A DNA stretch of 64,000 nt, from positions 30,692,001 to 30,756,000 of the forward strand of contig CM052818.1 of the NCBI GenBank assembly GCA_028534125.1. Direction: 5' to 3'. The position numbers and the translations under genes are program-made. The notes below the pieces were generated by a model. The model saw only the letters and a list, made by a program, of their open reading frames with translations. It was not told the origin of the DNA and did not search any database. Below are positions 49,847 through 63,355 of this stretch, piece after piece (position 1 is the first letter of the stretch; every line of letters starts with the position of its first letter). Source of the stretch: Lama glama (lineage: Eukaryota).

Positions 49847-51269
49847 TCTAAGACAAAGGGAAAGTTTATGCAAAGGACCTGAGCTGGAAGAGGATTTGGT
49901 GGCTTCCAGGAGGCTAAAGTGTTGGGGTGTGAAGGGGAGATGGAAGCAGGGCTCAGAGTGTCCAGGCCTCACAGAGGGTTTTCAGTTCTACTGCAAGGGC
50001 GAAGTTGTTGAAGTGTTTTGAGAAGAGGAGTAACTTAGTCAATTTTATGTTTTAAGACATTCACTCAAAACAAAACAAAACCAACCCCCCTCCCCATCAC
50101 CAAAAGAAAAAGCTGACTCTGCACTGTACCTAAAGGATCACAGAGACTGAAAGTAGAAGAAAAACCAGGCAGGAGGAGATGGTGATGGTTCAGCATAGGG
50201 TGGAAACTGGAAGTGAGGAGAAGCGGACAGACTTGTAATATCGTTTTCTCGTAGAAACGACAGAATCCACTCCCTGGACCTGTGTTGACTTCTATGGTAG
50301 TAAAGTAAAGTAATTCAAATTAAACAAAATTTAAAATGTTGCTTGTCCACATGAGGCACATTTCAAATGTTCAGTGGCCACACGTGGCTACTGGCTGCCA
50401 TTACTGGACAGTGTAGCTTTAGTGCAAATGCCCATCATTGCAATAACTGCTACTGGATGGTGCCAAAGTCATTTGGAAGAGTATTTAAAAATGGGTCTAG
50501 AAGAGATCAAAGATGTCATCAAGTCCAACACCCTTGTTTTGGAGGTGATGTGCCAGAGGACACTCTGATGATGTCACTAGAGTGGTACCCAAGCCAGGCT
50601 CTCAGATGGCAGCCTCCTCCACTTGCTTGTTTTATAAGTGTCATTGGTGGAAACTCCAGCTTTCTGGCTCCTGAAAGGCTCAGGTCTGATTCTGACTCAG
50701 ACTGCTTAATCATTTCATAGCAGCCTGGAGAAGGAAGCATGAGATACAGAATATAACCACCATTATTGTCTCTGGCTAACATGGCCCGGGGCTGGAGGCT
50801 TGGAGAATGTGTCTTCAGTCCCTTCTGCAGGAAAGGATGTTTTGCCATCTGAAAACCACATACCACATGGGAGCTTCATTTTGTCATCCAGTCCCATCTC
50901 CTCACTCAGCCTCTCCAGGGAAATACCCAAGAAGTGGGTTCCAAAGAAATACTCCTGGCTCACATTTTATACTCAAGTCCAGACCACAAGTAAACCTTGT
51001 CATCAGAGAAGCAAAAAGTGAAAAAAAAAAAAACCCAAAACAACAACAACAGCAAAACAGCTAGCAAAGCTTCCTGGTGACCTGGTAATTCTGGGAACAG
51101 TGAAGTGAGTTCAGAGGAAATAGGTGAAAAGAAAAAAAAGCCTTGTTTTTGTCGCCTCTGAGCTTCTGGTTAGGGGCAGGGCTTATCTTCCGATGAGTGA
51201 AGCAGAGGAAGAGGCGGGGGAAGCTGCCTGGGGTGTGGCCTTGGGAAGGAGACGGTGGAGGAGACCCCA

Positions 51270-52053
51270 TAGGTTGTACAGCACCAAGAGTGAACCTTAA
51301 TGGAAACTGTAGATTTTGGGTGATAATGACTTTGGGTGAAAATGTAGATTCATCAGTTGTAACAAATACACCACTGATACAGGAAAATTGGGCATGGGAG
51401 GATGGCCATGTCCCCAGGTCTTGGATGAGTCCCTGGGACATGCCCTGCCAAGTGAGGGTCCTTGGTTTCACGCAGGAAAGAATTCAAGAGCAAGCCATAG
51501 CTGAGTAAAAGTAGATTTGTTTAGAGAGATGTACACTCCACGGACAGAGTGCAGGCTGTCTCAGAAGGCAAAAGAGAGCCACGACCTCGAGTCACAGTGT
51601 TACTAATTTTTATATGCTAACAAGTGAGGGGATTGTTCCAACTGCTTTAGAGAAGGGGCAGGGATTCCCAGGAATTGGCTACAGCCTCTCTTTGACTTTT
51701 CATGGTTAGTTTAGAACTGTCATGGCACTTGTGGGTGTGTCAGCCACCACGATAGTACATTACAACATGTATAATGAAGCTCAAGGTCCACTGGAGGTCA
51801 ACTCTCCTGCCATCTTGGGCCTCAGGGTCTCCTGAGAGTTGACTTTTCTGCCATCTTGACATGAAATGCTGCATCATTCCTTTAATGGCTGTATCCTGCC
51901 CCTCCTGTCCCACCACCATTGGGCAGGCTGTTGATGGTGGGAAGGCTCTGGAGGTGGGGAAATGGGGGATACTGAAGTCTCTTTGCGTTCTGCTCAGCTT
52001 TGCTGTGAACCTAAGACTGCTCTAAAACATAAAGTCCATATTAAAAAAAAAAA
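51270..52053 (+). mobile_element. L1MC-like 3' end split by the solo LTR
   Basis: gtacagcaccaagagtgaaccttaatg...aaatacaccac [LTR] ...gctgtgaacctaagactgctctaaaacataaagtc plus A tail. Confidence 0.75.
51375..51912 (-). mobile_element. ERV1-class solo LTR (538 bp)
   Basis: TG...CA ends with 4-bp TSD ccac (51371-51374 and 51913-51916). Confidence 0.8.
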
Positions 52054-53609
52054 TTTCAGTGCCTGTCCAAGGTCCCAGCATGAGTGAACAGTGGAGCTGG
52101 GACCCAAATACCACATTCTTCACCTTCATGTGATCCCACCTCCCTGTAGCTTTTCATACCTCACAAATACTTTTGTTTTTAATTTGCACTGAGTCTATGA
52201 CGTGGACCTTAATCCTATTTTCTAGATAAGGAAATAGGCTCTGAGAGGTTAGCTAAGTCACTGAAGTCACGAATTGGGTGGGTGAGTGGCTGAGTCAAAA
52301 CTTGCATCTAGGTCAGCTGACTTGAAACTCTGTGCTCTCAGGTAATACCTTGACCCCTCGATCCAGAAACTCATCTGACCTAGAAACGCACAGAGTGGTG
52401 TCTGAGCTGATTGCCTTCACCTACCAGCTGCTACCTGACATTAGCTAGATGTTGAGTTGTTCTGTCAGCTGCTGGCAGTGGATGGAACCCTGCGCATCAC
52501 AGGACTTGGGTCATTCTCCACCAAGGCAGGATGCCATTGGTCCACACCCAGAATAAAGGGATGTATGATGAATGGAGAGAGAAGGGGCAAGGGAGGCGCC
52601 TGGGCTTGTGTGCTGGGAATTTGAGATACAAGCCCAGCACTTCCCTTCTCACCCCAGAAGGGTGAGCTCCCCTTCCCGCTGGGATCCTGGGCTGCTATGT
52701 GGGGGCCAGACCTGTTTATCCCAAATGCTTCCAAATATGTATTTTCACTGACTTTCAAAAAAAGGATGGGGGAGGGGTGGGTAACATCTGTAAGGAAAGC
52801 AAAGCTTGAGTTACCAGTCTCATTTAACAGAAGAAAAGTTAGGTGATTTGTCCCAGGCCACCAAGTTAGTAAGTGGCAGAGAAAGTGTGGAACCTGGGTC
52901 TTCTTGTTTGGGTCCAGCCCACCCCTCCCCAGCCCCATGCACATACACAGTTTATCACACCTAAACACACTAGTATGACGTCTGAAGCACTCTCACATTT
53001 GTTATCTTATTTGAGTCTTCCAACGTGAACCAGAAGAGAAAGACAGTGGATGTATTTAGGGCAGATCATACTGCTGTCCTGTTTATCCAACCCCAGGCGG
53101 GGGCGGATGAGTGTCCAGAATTAGTCAGGAATACAGTGAGTGAACACAGTTCATTGACCATCTGCTAAAGGATGTTCTCTGTTTCTGCATAGCCCTTTGC
53201 GGTTTTAAATGCCCTTCCAGATACAATATTTGAAGATCTCATTTGCTCTCCAACACAACCCAGGGAGGAGGCGGGGCAGTTGAGACAGGTGAGAGGCTGG
53301 GAGAGGAGGGGGCTGACACTTAAGCTCACCCAGCTGCAGGGGCAGAAGCGCAGCTCAAACTCGGGCACCCTAGCCCTGAACCAGTGCCCTGCCCCAGCCT
53401 CCCTTCTGCCTCAAGTGATGACCTATTCTATTGGTTTTCAGAAGTCCAGAGGGCTCCTGGAGTTGACTTCAGGGCTTCTCCAGGAGGTTTGTGTATGGGG
53501 GGGGGGAAGGAGATCATTTCCACCTGCTCTAGTAATATTATTTAAATTTTTAGCAGGTAATGCATACACAGTGAACAAACTTCAGGAGATGTGTTTATTT
53601 TAACAAACA

Positions 53610-54470
53610 CATGGGGGTGCTTAACTCCATGCCAGTACGCCAGGCGGAGGCAGGACCGGAGGGCAGCGCAAGTTTACGGGGATGTCTCGGAAGAGAGGGA
53701 AGGAGGAAGCAGGATTGGGGGGGGGAAGTTGGGGGGAGTTGGGGTGCAGTGCAGAGGCAACAGAGGCCTCAGCCAACTCTGTGGGGAGCTCGGAAGCTGG
53801 GGTGGGCCTCTAGAGTCGCCTTGAGTTGTGGTTAGTGTCCATGCAGGATGCCCTGGGAAGAGGGTGTGGTTTGAAGTAGGGCAGCTCTCTACTCTGAAGG
53901 CAGTTCTGAACGGGGTTCTCAGCTGGCAGCACTTCAGCAGCGGAGGGAATCAGTCCTTTATCCCTGAAGGGGCATCTCAGCTGCTCATCACAGCATCTTC
54001 AATGGTCCATCTTCTGTGCCACTTGGACCCATGTCTTCTCGTCAGTTCTGGAAGCAGCTTGTCAGAATTCTGGCAGTCTCTCTTCCTGGGGGAAGCTTAC
54101 AAGAGGAAATGAGACAGACCTCAGCTGGTCTCCCTCCTGATTCTCCATCCTAGTCGCCCTCATCCTCAGCCCGCCCTCCTACTGGTCTCAACAGCATCCC
54201 TGGTGGTGAGACCCAGATAGACCCTCATCCCTGAGGAGTTGGAGCCTCTTCAGTGCTATTCTGAGCCCATGTCTGCTTCATTTCCCATGTGCTGTCAAGA
54301 CTGAGCCAGAGCACCGAGGGACGGCCTGGCGAACTCCCTGGTGTCATCACTGCTCCCTGCCCCCACTGGGTAACAGCCCGACCGCCTCCTGCCATCCCGT
54401 CAGGCACCCCTGCCGGGACTGTGACTTCTCACTTTCTAGCTTGTGACAAAGACTCGCTGTGTCTGGTGCA
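53610..54470. mobile_element. Possible ancient ERVL-type LTR/internal relic
   Basis: gaggcctcagccaactctgtggggagctcggaagctggggtgggcctctagag resembles old ERVL LTRs; family and limits uncertain. Confidence 0.4.
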
Positions 54471-57400
54471 GCGGCAGCTTATCGTTCGAAGGAGCTCTTT
54501 CCCGACCCTGGGTGGAGGCTCACCTTCAGAAAAGCCACTTGATGATAACAGGTTTTTCTGCTTGTTATTTCATTAGACCTTTCAGCTACAAAGAAAAACC
54601 ATGACTGACCTTAGTTGGGTTTCTCTCTCAGTAAGACTTGGCAGGCCTCCTACATCATTTGCTTCCAGGGCCTCCCAGGTGAGTGTCCTGGCTCCCAGGC
54701 TCCAGAGATGCTTCTACTTCCGGCTTTCCCCACCAGAACCTCTCAGGGCAGAGGCCCCCAGGCCCGGCTGGAGGTGGTCGCAGCCTCTGCTTTCTCTTTT
54801 CGGGGCAGCTCCTGCCTGTCTCAGAGCCTGGGGCCTCACCCTCAGCTATGGTGCGGAAGGCATCCTTTCAAGGGTTCCAAGTATTTTTATCACCCCGTGT
54901 TTATGGGACCTGGAGCAGGGCAGGGCTCAGTGGGGGCTCTGTGGTTATTTTTTTCTTTTTCCTGGACAATCAGCTGGGGTTTGGGGAATTCCAGGCCGTA
55001 TTTGCGGAAGGCCGAAGGGTCCTGAGAGAGGAAAGTGACATGTTGACCTCCACTGCCACGGCCCCTGGGAGCCGAGAGGTTTCTCCTTTCTGATTTTCCG
55101 AGCCCACTGCACCAAACCCAGGACACTGTCCAGGGCGGGTCACTGAGCTGTGCGAGGAAAGGAGGGGAACCCGGTGGCAGAGCCTCTCACAGCCCTGGCG
55201 TCTAATCTGGACTGTCACCCACCTCTGCCTCTGCCCAGTCTGCAAGTATTTCTGGTGGGCACGCCTGGGGAAATTGCTAACCTCTGGGCCACTTAAGAAG
55301 GGAACTGAGAGAGAGAGAGAGATGCCGGTACAGCCCTGACACGTAGGAGCACCCTATAAATCCTCGGGAAGGAGCCATGACTCCTGGCCGGAATCTATAG
55401 CCTATGACTGACTCTGTGAGCTGCTTTCATTCCAGCCCACCACAGCTCCCCCGGGCCACATGGCAGCCCGTCAGTGTCAGTGTCAGTGAGTTGCTGTGTG
55501 GGTCTCAGAAGCTGGCCTGCACGTGACTGGCCACCACCTCCCTCCCCACCAGCCCCAGGCCTTCTGAATTTTTTTGTTGAGTCCTCACCCTTCTGGGCAG
55601 AGCCAAGATCTTTTATCCAGTAATCCTGTTGGCAGACAGGTGCGAAAGGAACAGAAAGCAGACATCACAGTCTGCTGATTTAATTATTGCTCTTCAGAGC
55701 AGCTGAGTGTTGGTCTGGAAACCTCCTAATGGCAGGTCTGTCTGTGGAACAAGAGCAGACATTGTGAGCTTTAAGTAGGGGTTGACAGGCCACAGCTGAC
55801 AGCGGTTCAGCCCAGCCAATCGGGCCGATTCCTCTGGCGTGGGCACCTCTTGCCTCAGGTGTGGGCCTTTGTGGTCAGATGCGCCCCCAGTGCCGGCCAG
55901 ACGTGCCTGAGCCAGGACCGGGAGGACAAGGCAGAGACACCCCTCAGGGGAGGCTGAGCCATACACTGCAGTGTCCAAAAGGTGCGTGTGCTTTTCTTTG
56001 CTCACTCAACAAACATTTGTTGAGCACCAACTGTTTGCCAAACACCATTCTTCCCTGAGGACTCAGTGGTGACCAGGGACTCACGTTGGTGAATGGTCAA
56101 ATGCTCTATCTTCCTGGAATTTTGTTTTCTGTTGCCCCTCGTTGGGTGCCTATGTCTGGCCATGAGTTTGTGAGTCAGAGGAAGGCTTTTGAGCTGCAGA
56201 GTTTCAGGAAGCGTCTTATAGAATGTGGCCCCAGGCCTGGGGTGACTCCAGTGTTGGCCCTGGAAGACCTCAGGGAAGTTTGGTCCTGTTAGCGTTCCCC
56301 TGGGCAAATCTTGGCTGCCTCAGGGCCAATGGAATGGGTGTCTGTCCCTGCTGCCCCAGGGGCCGTTTCTGCCATGTTTGGTAGGGGGAAGGGCAAACTG
56401 TCAGTAAGGCCCACCATCGTTTCAGTTATTCTCAGGGGTACAGGAGGGAAACCGTGGGTGACCAAGGCCATTTCCCAGGGCGTTTGTGTAGCAGGAACTG
56501 ACAGGAGTAGTGACCTATCCATTTGTCTCTGAGCTGTTCAGAGACTGCAGGTCAAGTCCAAGGTCTTTGTCGGGACCAGGCACTGTAACCCTCACCTACC
56601 ACCAGGCCAGGGTGAAAAGGCCACACCACCTCCACATGGTGTGTTCTGGACACACATGTCTTCCCTCAGCCCCACAGCCTTGCTCTTACCTCCTCAAACC
56701 ATCAGTCTAGTGTGGCTGAGCAGAGAGGGACTGAAACAAGGATGTTATAGCAGTGAAAGGATTCAGACTGGGCACTCGAACACTGAAAAGTTCAGACAAT
56801 TGATTCCTCTCTTCTTTGATGATCTCAGTCTACCATCCTGTTTCCTTCCGTCCCAGGCTTCTACCCACAGCTAATATCGAGGGCCTCCTCCGCATCAGGC
56901 ATTGTGTTTACATGGATTGTCACATTTAATCTCCAAAACAGCCTTGGGCTGAAGCATCAGGAAACCTTATCTTACAGAACAGGGAACTGAAACTGGGCAA
57001 GGAAGGAAGTTTGCCCAGCATCCCCCAGCTAGTTGCAGGCTCGGACCCCCATGGTCTGACCCCAGAGCCCCTGCTGTTAACCACTGCACAGTCTGCGGAC
57101 CCTCCAGGCCCGGTGATGCCTGGGTCGTGCTTGTCCCACTCACGGTCAAGGCTGAGGCTTAGCCCTTCAGTTAGTTCAGAAAGGTGGCTGATTTCCTCTT
57201 GACTCTTGCTTTCAAGACCTGGGGCTCTTCCCCTCCACGTCTGAGGGTGAACTCTGCCCAGGCCTATAGCCCAGTGGTCCCATGGGAGTCACTTGCCTCT
57301 CCTGGCTCACCATCCTAGGTGCCCCCAGAGGGGACCACAGAAATGGGGGAAGAAGAGGATGCCTGTAACTACCCTAGGGTCCTGGTCCGATGCTCACTCT

Positions 57401-59799
57401 GGGTGTGATCTTGAGCAACGTGCTAACTTCTTTTAGCGTCAGTTTCCTCACCTGTGAAATGGAAGTAAAATGAGAGCCAGTGCTATTGGTGGATTATATG
57501 AGGTGACTCACAGTAGGCATTTAGCAGAGTCTAGCCTATAATAAGCACCCAATAATTGTCGTCTATTAGGGGTCCACGTTTTGTTATCTACAATTCTGGT
57601 CAACAAGTTCTGAAAATTGTATGGTTGGTGTCAAAGCTCATTTGGTAGCAAAACCTCTCCTGAAGTGGCAGGCAGCTATATTTAAAAATAGTAATGAGGT
57701 GCTGCTCTGGACCCTGCTGGAGTTGTTTCATGATACAGTGAATATGCACCAGGTCACCTTCCTAAAATCTGGAGTATGAAACACACCTGGTTATGAGTTT
57801 AGAATGAGGGACTGTGAACCTGCAGTGCTTTTAAAAGCAGAGTTAGTGCGTCCCCTAAATGAGTTTCAGTAGGGACTGTCAACTGTCAACTCTGGAACTC
57901 TGAGACCAAAACCCTGCAAGGAATGGAATTAACTCTCTATCCTCCTAGAAGAATGTAGAGATTGCTATTTAAGGGCAAAAAGAACCAGAGGTAGTGAAGT
58001 CAGGTGAAACAATATATCTCCTTCTTCATTTGTTCACGTGATTCTTGAGTTTCTGCAGTGGTCTAGTCCTGGGTGAGAACAGTCTTTAAGGACCAATTAA
58101 ATTCACAGATTCCAGGACATGGTGGTCACTTCCTGCTTAGTCAGCATTTTTCTAGGCGGAGCTGGGGAGAGGGGAGCAGAGCAGTTGTCCTCTCTCAAGA
58201 AGTCTGTGCTTTTATTGAGGATACGAGATAAGCACGCTTGAAACCAGAAGTAATATGTCAGGAGACTCGGTTAGACTAGAGTATATTAGAGGATTCTGAA
58301 GTCAACGTTCAAGTGAGTAACGCAGCTCGTGTGCACTGTAGGAGTCTCCCACAAGAAGTGGGGGAGCTAATCTCAGGCCAGCTAATTCTGAGAGAGGAAG
58401 GCCCCAAGGAATAAGTAAGAAAAGAGAGAAGACAGGAAACTGATACCGGAGTGGAGGAAAAGTGAGACTGGAACTCAGCCTGCACTCCATGTGTCCTAGC
58501 GATGTGGCTTGGGCGATCTGGCTAAACCTTCTGAGCCTGTTTCCTCATCTATAACAGGGAGAGAGTTACATTTCTCTCCAGCTACAATTATTATAAATAG
58601 TAAATAAAACAGCATATGTAAAGTGTTACCAGAACACCCTTTTATCTTTTGTTGGCCATGTCCCTGCATCTTGGCTCTCCGAATCTCAGTGCTCATTGAC
58701 TCCTGTTGACCACGGGCCTTGTTCAACTCGTGGCCTTGCTCAAAGGTGTGTCATAGAAATCAGGAGGAAACAAACAGCCATTCAACCAGCTAAAACCTCA
58801 AACAAATAACCTGGGACCCCCATGGTGACATTTGACAACTGTCTCCATCCAGCCCCTCCCATCCTCTAATCAAGCTACATCCTTCCACAGCCATGAGAGG
58901 GGAAGCCAGCCTGTCCAGGGAACTTTGCCCACAAGTCACAAGTCAGAGATGTTTGTTCTCAGAGATCTCATTTTATCTTCTTCTTGGGACCTCTGAGCGT
59001 GTTAACACACAGCGCTGTCCCCATGGGAAGGTTCTTGATAGATGGTGATTGTCCTGGTATCTTGGCTCCAGTAGGTCCAGGCTCTATAAGTCGTACACAT
59101 ACCAAATGCCACATATCAACCAAGGGAGAGGTCAAGGGGAAATGTAAAACAAAGAAGAGTAGAGGTTATCGTGGTAGGCATGCAGAGTGAGAGAAAGCTG
59201 CACCTTATCTCATGCAAAGGAAAAAGGGCAAGAAATAGTCACCAGAGCACTTAACGCCAGAGCCCACCCCACAAACAGGGAGCTCAGGAAAACTGTCTCA
59301 GTTTGGTGGGAAGCAGCCTCACCCCAATATAAAACACCTGGGGGAGCTGGGGCATCTAAGGTTTCGGACGAATGGAAGCTATTAGGAGTCGTAGCAGCAG
59401 TGGTTTGTAACATCACCATCACCCACCTTTATAGAGGATAAAGGCTCTTGACGACTGTCTCTCTTCAGAGGGCTGGGGTCAGGAAGAGCATAGCTGCTGT
59501 GGTGACCATGACAGTTGAGGGCAACAATCTGGGTAAAGTAGAGGGGATGCTGGCCATTTAGGTGTAGAGACTGGAAGATTTTGAACACACAGCTGAGCCT
59601 TCACCTCTGGTCACTGGGGTGTCACTGGGCACTGCTGAGAGAGCAGTGTGAGTAGAAGTGGTGCACGGAAGCCCTGTGCCGACAGGTGAGTGTGAATATG
59701 CAACCGAGGAAGAGAAGGGAGCCAGGGACGCCAACAGGAATTAAAAGGAGAGGATGGGTCCCAATGATATTTTTGTTCTGCTTTGTTCAAATGAGTTTT

Positions 59800-60290
59800 A
59801 TTATTATTTTATCAACTAAAGTTTTTATATGATTTATGGAGATAAAATTCACATAGTGTAAAATGAACAATTTTAGAGTGAATAATTCAGTGACGTTTAG
59901 AGCGCCCATACTGTTGTGCAAAACCCACCTTTATCTAGTTGCAAAACTTTTCTACCATTCAGAGTAAAACCCTGTACCCGTTAAGCCATTTCCCCCATTC
60001 CCCCCTCCTTCCAGCCCCTGGTAACCAACAACTGTCTTCTGTCTCTATGGATTTATCTCTTCCAAATACTATGTATACATGGGATCGTATAGTACGTGAC
60101 ATTTTGTGTCTGGCTTCTTTCACTTAGTGTGTTTTCAAGGTTCATCCACACTGTAGCATACAGCAGGACTTAATTCTTCGTAATGGCAGAAAACTCTTCC
60201 ACTGTATGGATACACCAAAAATGTGTTTATCCATCCATCCATTAATGGACATTTGGACGGTTCCACATTTTCACTATTGTGAATAGGCAA
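59800..60290 (-). mobile_element. L1MB-like 3' end
   Basis: ccagcccctggtaacc...tctgtctctatggattt...ttttgtgtctggcttctttcacttag...aatggacatttgg. Confidence 0.8.
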
Positions 60291-61550
60291 TGGGAACAGG
60301 AGCATACAATGCTGATCACATTTTAAAGATGATTTTGAAGATGTGTTCTTATGGAGTCTCTGCTTGGATGCTGTGGCAAGTCAGACTTTGTGAAATACAG
60401 CTCAGGGGTCAGTGTCCCAGTTTTTGTTACTGATGAGCCAGGACATGGACATAAATAGGCAGAGGAGGCTGAAGACTGGCTAGCCCCCCAGCCTGGGGAA
60501 ACGGCTCCAGCTCTGCTCCAGAGGCTCGGGAGAGAGTGTGGTCTCGGGGAGAGCATCCTGTAGTCGAGAGACAGAGCCACGTGTAAGTGACGGCTCCACC
60601 ATCGCCAGGCCGCGCAGCGGCCTCCTGATTTCTCAAAAGGCGTGGTGACTGCTGCTTGCCTTCCTCACACAACTGTTAAATGGCTGAGAAGCTGCCTCGT
60701 GTCGGGGTGCTTCTCAGCCAGTCAGGGATCACACCTTTGTGCTGTGACTGTTACTTCCCTGTTAGAAGAGAAGCGAGGTGACACTTCTGACTCACTGTCC
60801 GTACGCTGCTGTGTTTGTCACGAGGCTTATTTATGAGTATTAGAAAGTGAGTTCTTCAGATGATACCTGGGTAGACCAGCAAATTGGAGAAATGAATCAT
60901 CTGGCTCCAAAGGGCCGGGGCCAGACAGGGTCCAGGGTCCCGGGGTCGGAGGCTGACTGCTGGGGTAAATGAGCATTGGTCATTTTTCTATCTTTACATC
61001 ACTCCACTCAAGGTTCCAAATCCCCAGAGAGGGCCTGATTGGTGGGCAAGACTCGGGGAGGGCCAGAATCCTTGACTGACAGTTCCAGCAAGCCTGCATG
61101 TTGAGGGGAAGAGGTGATTCCCCGAATGGAACTGAGGGGGCCAATAACAGAAAGAATAGAAAGTGGATGCAGGGAGACCCCCAAACCCCAAATATCCACT
61201 CGAGACAAACTCTTTGAACTATTTATGCCCAAGCCGGCATGGCCGGGACAGCTGAGCCAAAGGCACGAGGGCTGCCCTACAAGCAGAGCACAGGTAGTGG
61301 TGATTGGTTTTTGGGTGAAGGTGGGGGCCTGACACCCACACACCCCTGCAAGGTGCTGCCCTCACGGGCCAGGTTCCATCTGGGAGGCCCAGCAGCTCCG
61401 CCTGAGAAGCTGGACCTGCTGCATCTGGCAGCTAAAAATACCCAGGCTCCCGGGAACCCGCAGGAAGAGCTTGTCCAAAGCCAAGCAGGTCTTCAGTGTA
61501 TGTAAGAGATTATTCATCATACCTTGTGATGCCTCTTGGTAGCTGTCCTT

Positions 61551-61750
61551 TTCTTCTTCTTTTTTTTTTTAAGAAAAAGTAGATTTATTCATAGAGATAT
61601 GTATTCCATAGACAAAGAGCAGGCTGTCTCAGAAGGCAAGAGAAAGGCCACGAGGTGCAGGGTTGGGTGCTCAGCTTAAAGTAAAGGTAGATACATACTC
61701 CAGAGATGAAGCGCGGGCCGTCTCAGAAGGCATGGGGCAGAGAGCGTAAC
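61551..61750 (-). mobile_element. Poly(A)-tailed retrocopy of an ERV LTR transcript end (dimeric, SINE-like)
   Basis: 54/65 ungapped identity to 51507-51571; minus-strand AATAAA followed by a poly(A) tail. Confidence 0.7.
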
Positions 61751-63049
61751 AGTTGTCTTTACACTTTGAAAATAAATCGATGTGAACCCAGGCCCATTGG
61801 GCCCCTCCTGTCTTTAATCATCTATCTCGGAAGTAGTTGGTAAACCCTTCTGTCCGTGCTACCCGATAGAGGCTGCCTGCTCCCTGGAAAAACAGGAATT
61901 TCTTATCAGATCAACAGGAAATTCTATTTTTACTTGATGTTAGAATTAAAAATACCACAAGGAGAGGGAGGCACTCCCATAGCCAAGCTGGGCACTAAGT
62001 TTATCCCCCACTGAGATGCTCCCCTCCAAACTGGTCCCAGGGTCGGCTCCCTATGAGCCTGGCCCCAGTGGCACAGATAGACAAAGAGATAGGACACCCC
62101 GACTTGGTTTTCTTTCTAACCCCAGGCAGCAGGGTTGCCAGGAGGACCACCTATGACTGCAGAGGGCTGATGCTCCCCACACGTCCCGACAGGGCCTAGA
62201 AAGACGCTCCAGAGACCTACTCACTGAGACACCAAGGTGGCCCCAGTTGACTGAGTGGCCCTGGCCACGGGGGTCCCGAAGCCAGGAGCGCAGTTAGGAG
62301 AATGGCATTGAAACCAGCCTCGGGGCCATCAGGGAAGGAGAGCTAAAGTTGGCTGAGGCCTGCCTGTGTGCAGAGGACTCATTAGGCAGGGTCAGCCCAC
62401 TCCATCTCATAGCAGCCGTCCGGGGACAGAATCAGCAGCACCGTCAGCTGATGGAGATCTTCCCCGTCTCCCAGAGGAGAGAGCAGAGGTTCACAGAGCT
62501 TGTCAGGGATTGGAAATCTGTCAGCTGGATTCCGGAACTCACGCTCATTTCTCTTTACCAGCAATATCTTGTTCAACATCTTACTGCAGGTCAGGAGCTA
62601 GGCTAATGGATGCAGAGGCTACTAGGGTGGGTGTGCCAGCTGGATGAGTGGCAGCCCACCAGGACCCCTTTCTCTTGGAGGGAGCATCTGACTGTTCTGC
62701 AGGGCAGCTGCCTTCACTTGGCTTTAACCAGAGCACAAATCCCCACCCCAGGCAGAGAGCAGAAAGAAATTCCCTCAGTGCCCAGCTTGCTTGGACTTGA
62801 AAGTCACATGACTCCTTCTTGTAACCTGCTAATGCACCCTGCGAGGTTTGTATAAACCCACACCTTTTTCGCTGCTGAGCGGTATTCTTGTTTTGTTCCT
62901 ACTTGGTTGTTGGTTTGGTTTGTTTTTTTCTTTGAAGTGGTGTAACTAACACCGGGCCTTGAACTTCTGGAGTGGGGATTGTGCTGTCACTCATTTCTCA
63001 TCTCAGGGCCTCAGTTTCCTCATCTCTAATAATAAGAGGCTTAACCAGA

Positions 63050-63355
63050 CCTGTGCTCTGATACAGAGGTCACTAGTCACAAATGGCTCCTGAGCACTTG
63101 AACGGTGACCCGTCCAAAGTGGGGTGTGCTGTACGTGTAAAATACATGCTAGATTTTGAAGACGGTTCCTGAGAAAGGACGTCAACTTTCTCATTAGTAG
63201 TAATTATATAGATGACATATGGAAATGAAAAGTTATATGAGGGTAAATAAAAATATTTTAGTAAAACTTATTTCACCGATCTGTTTAGTAATGTGGCTAT
63301 TGGAATATTTAAAATATAAAATACAGAGGTGATTTGTGGTTAGTGTCTCATGGAC
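63050..63355. mobile_element. MER33-like hAT MITE
   Basis: cactagtcacaaatggctcctgagcacttgaa...gtgtaaaatacatgctagattttgaagac...aatgtggctattggaatatttaaaat. Confidence 0.7.
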
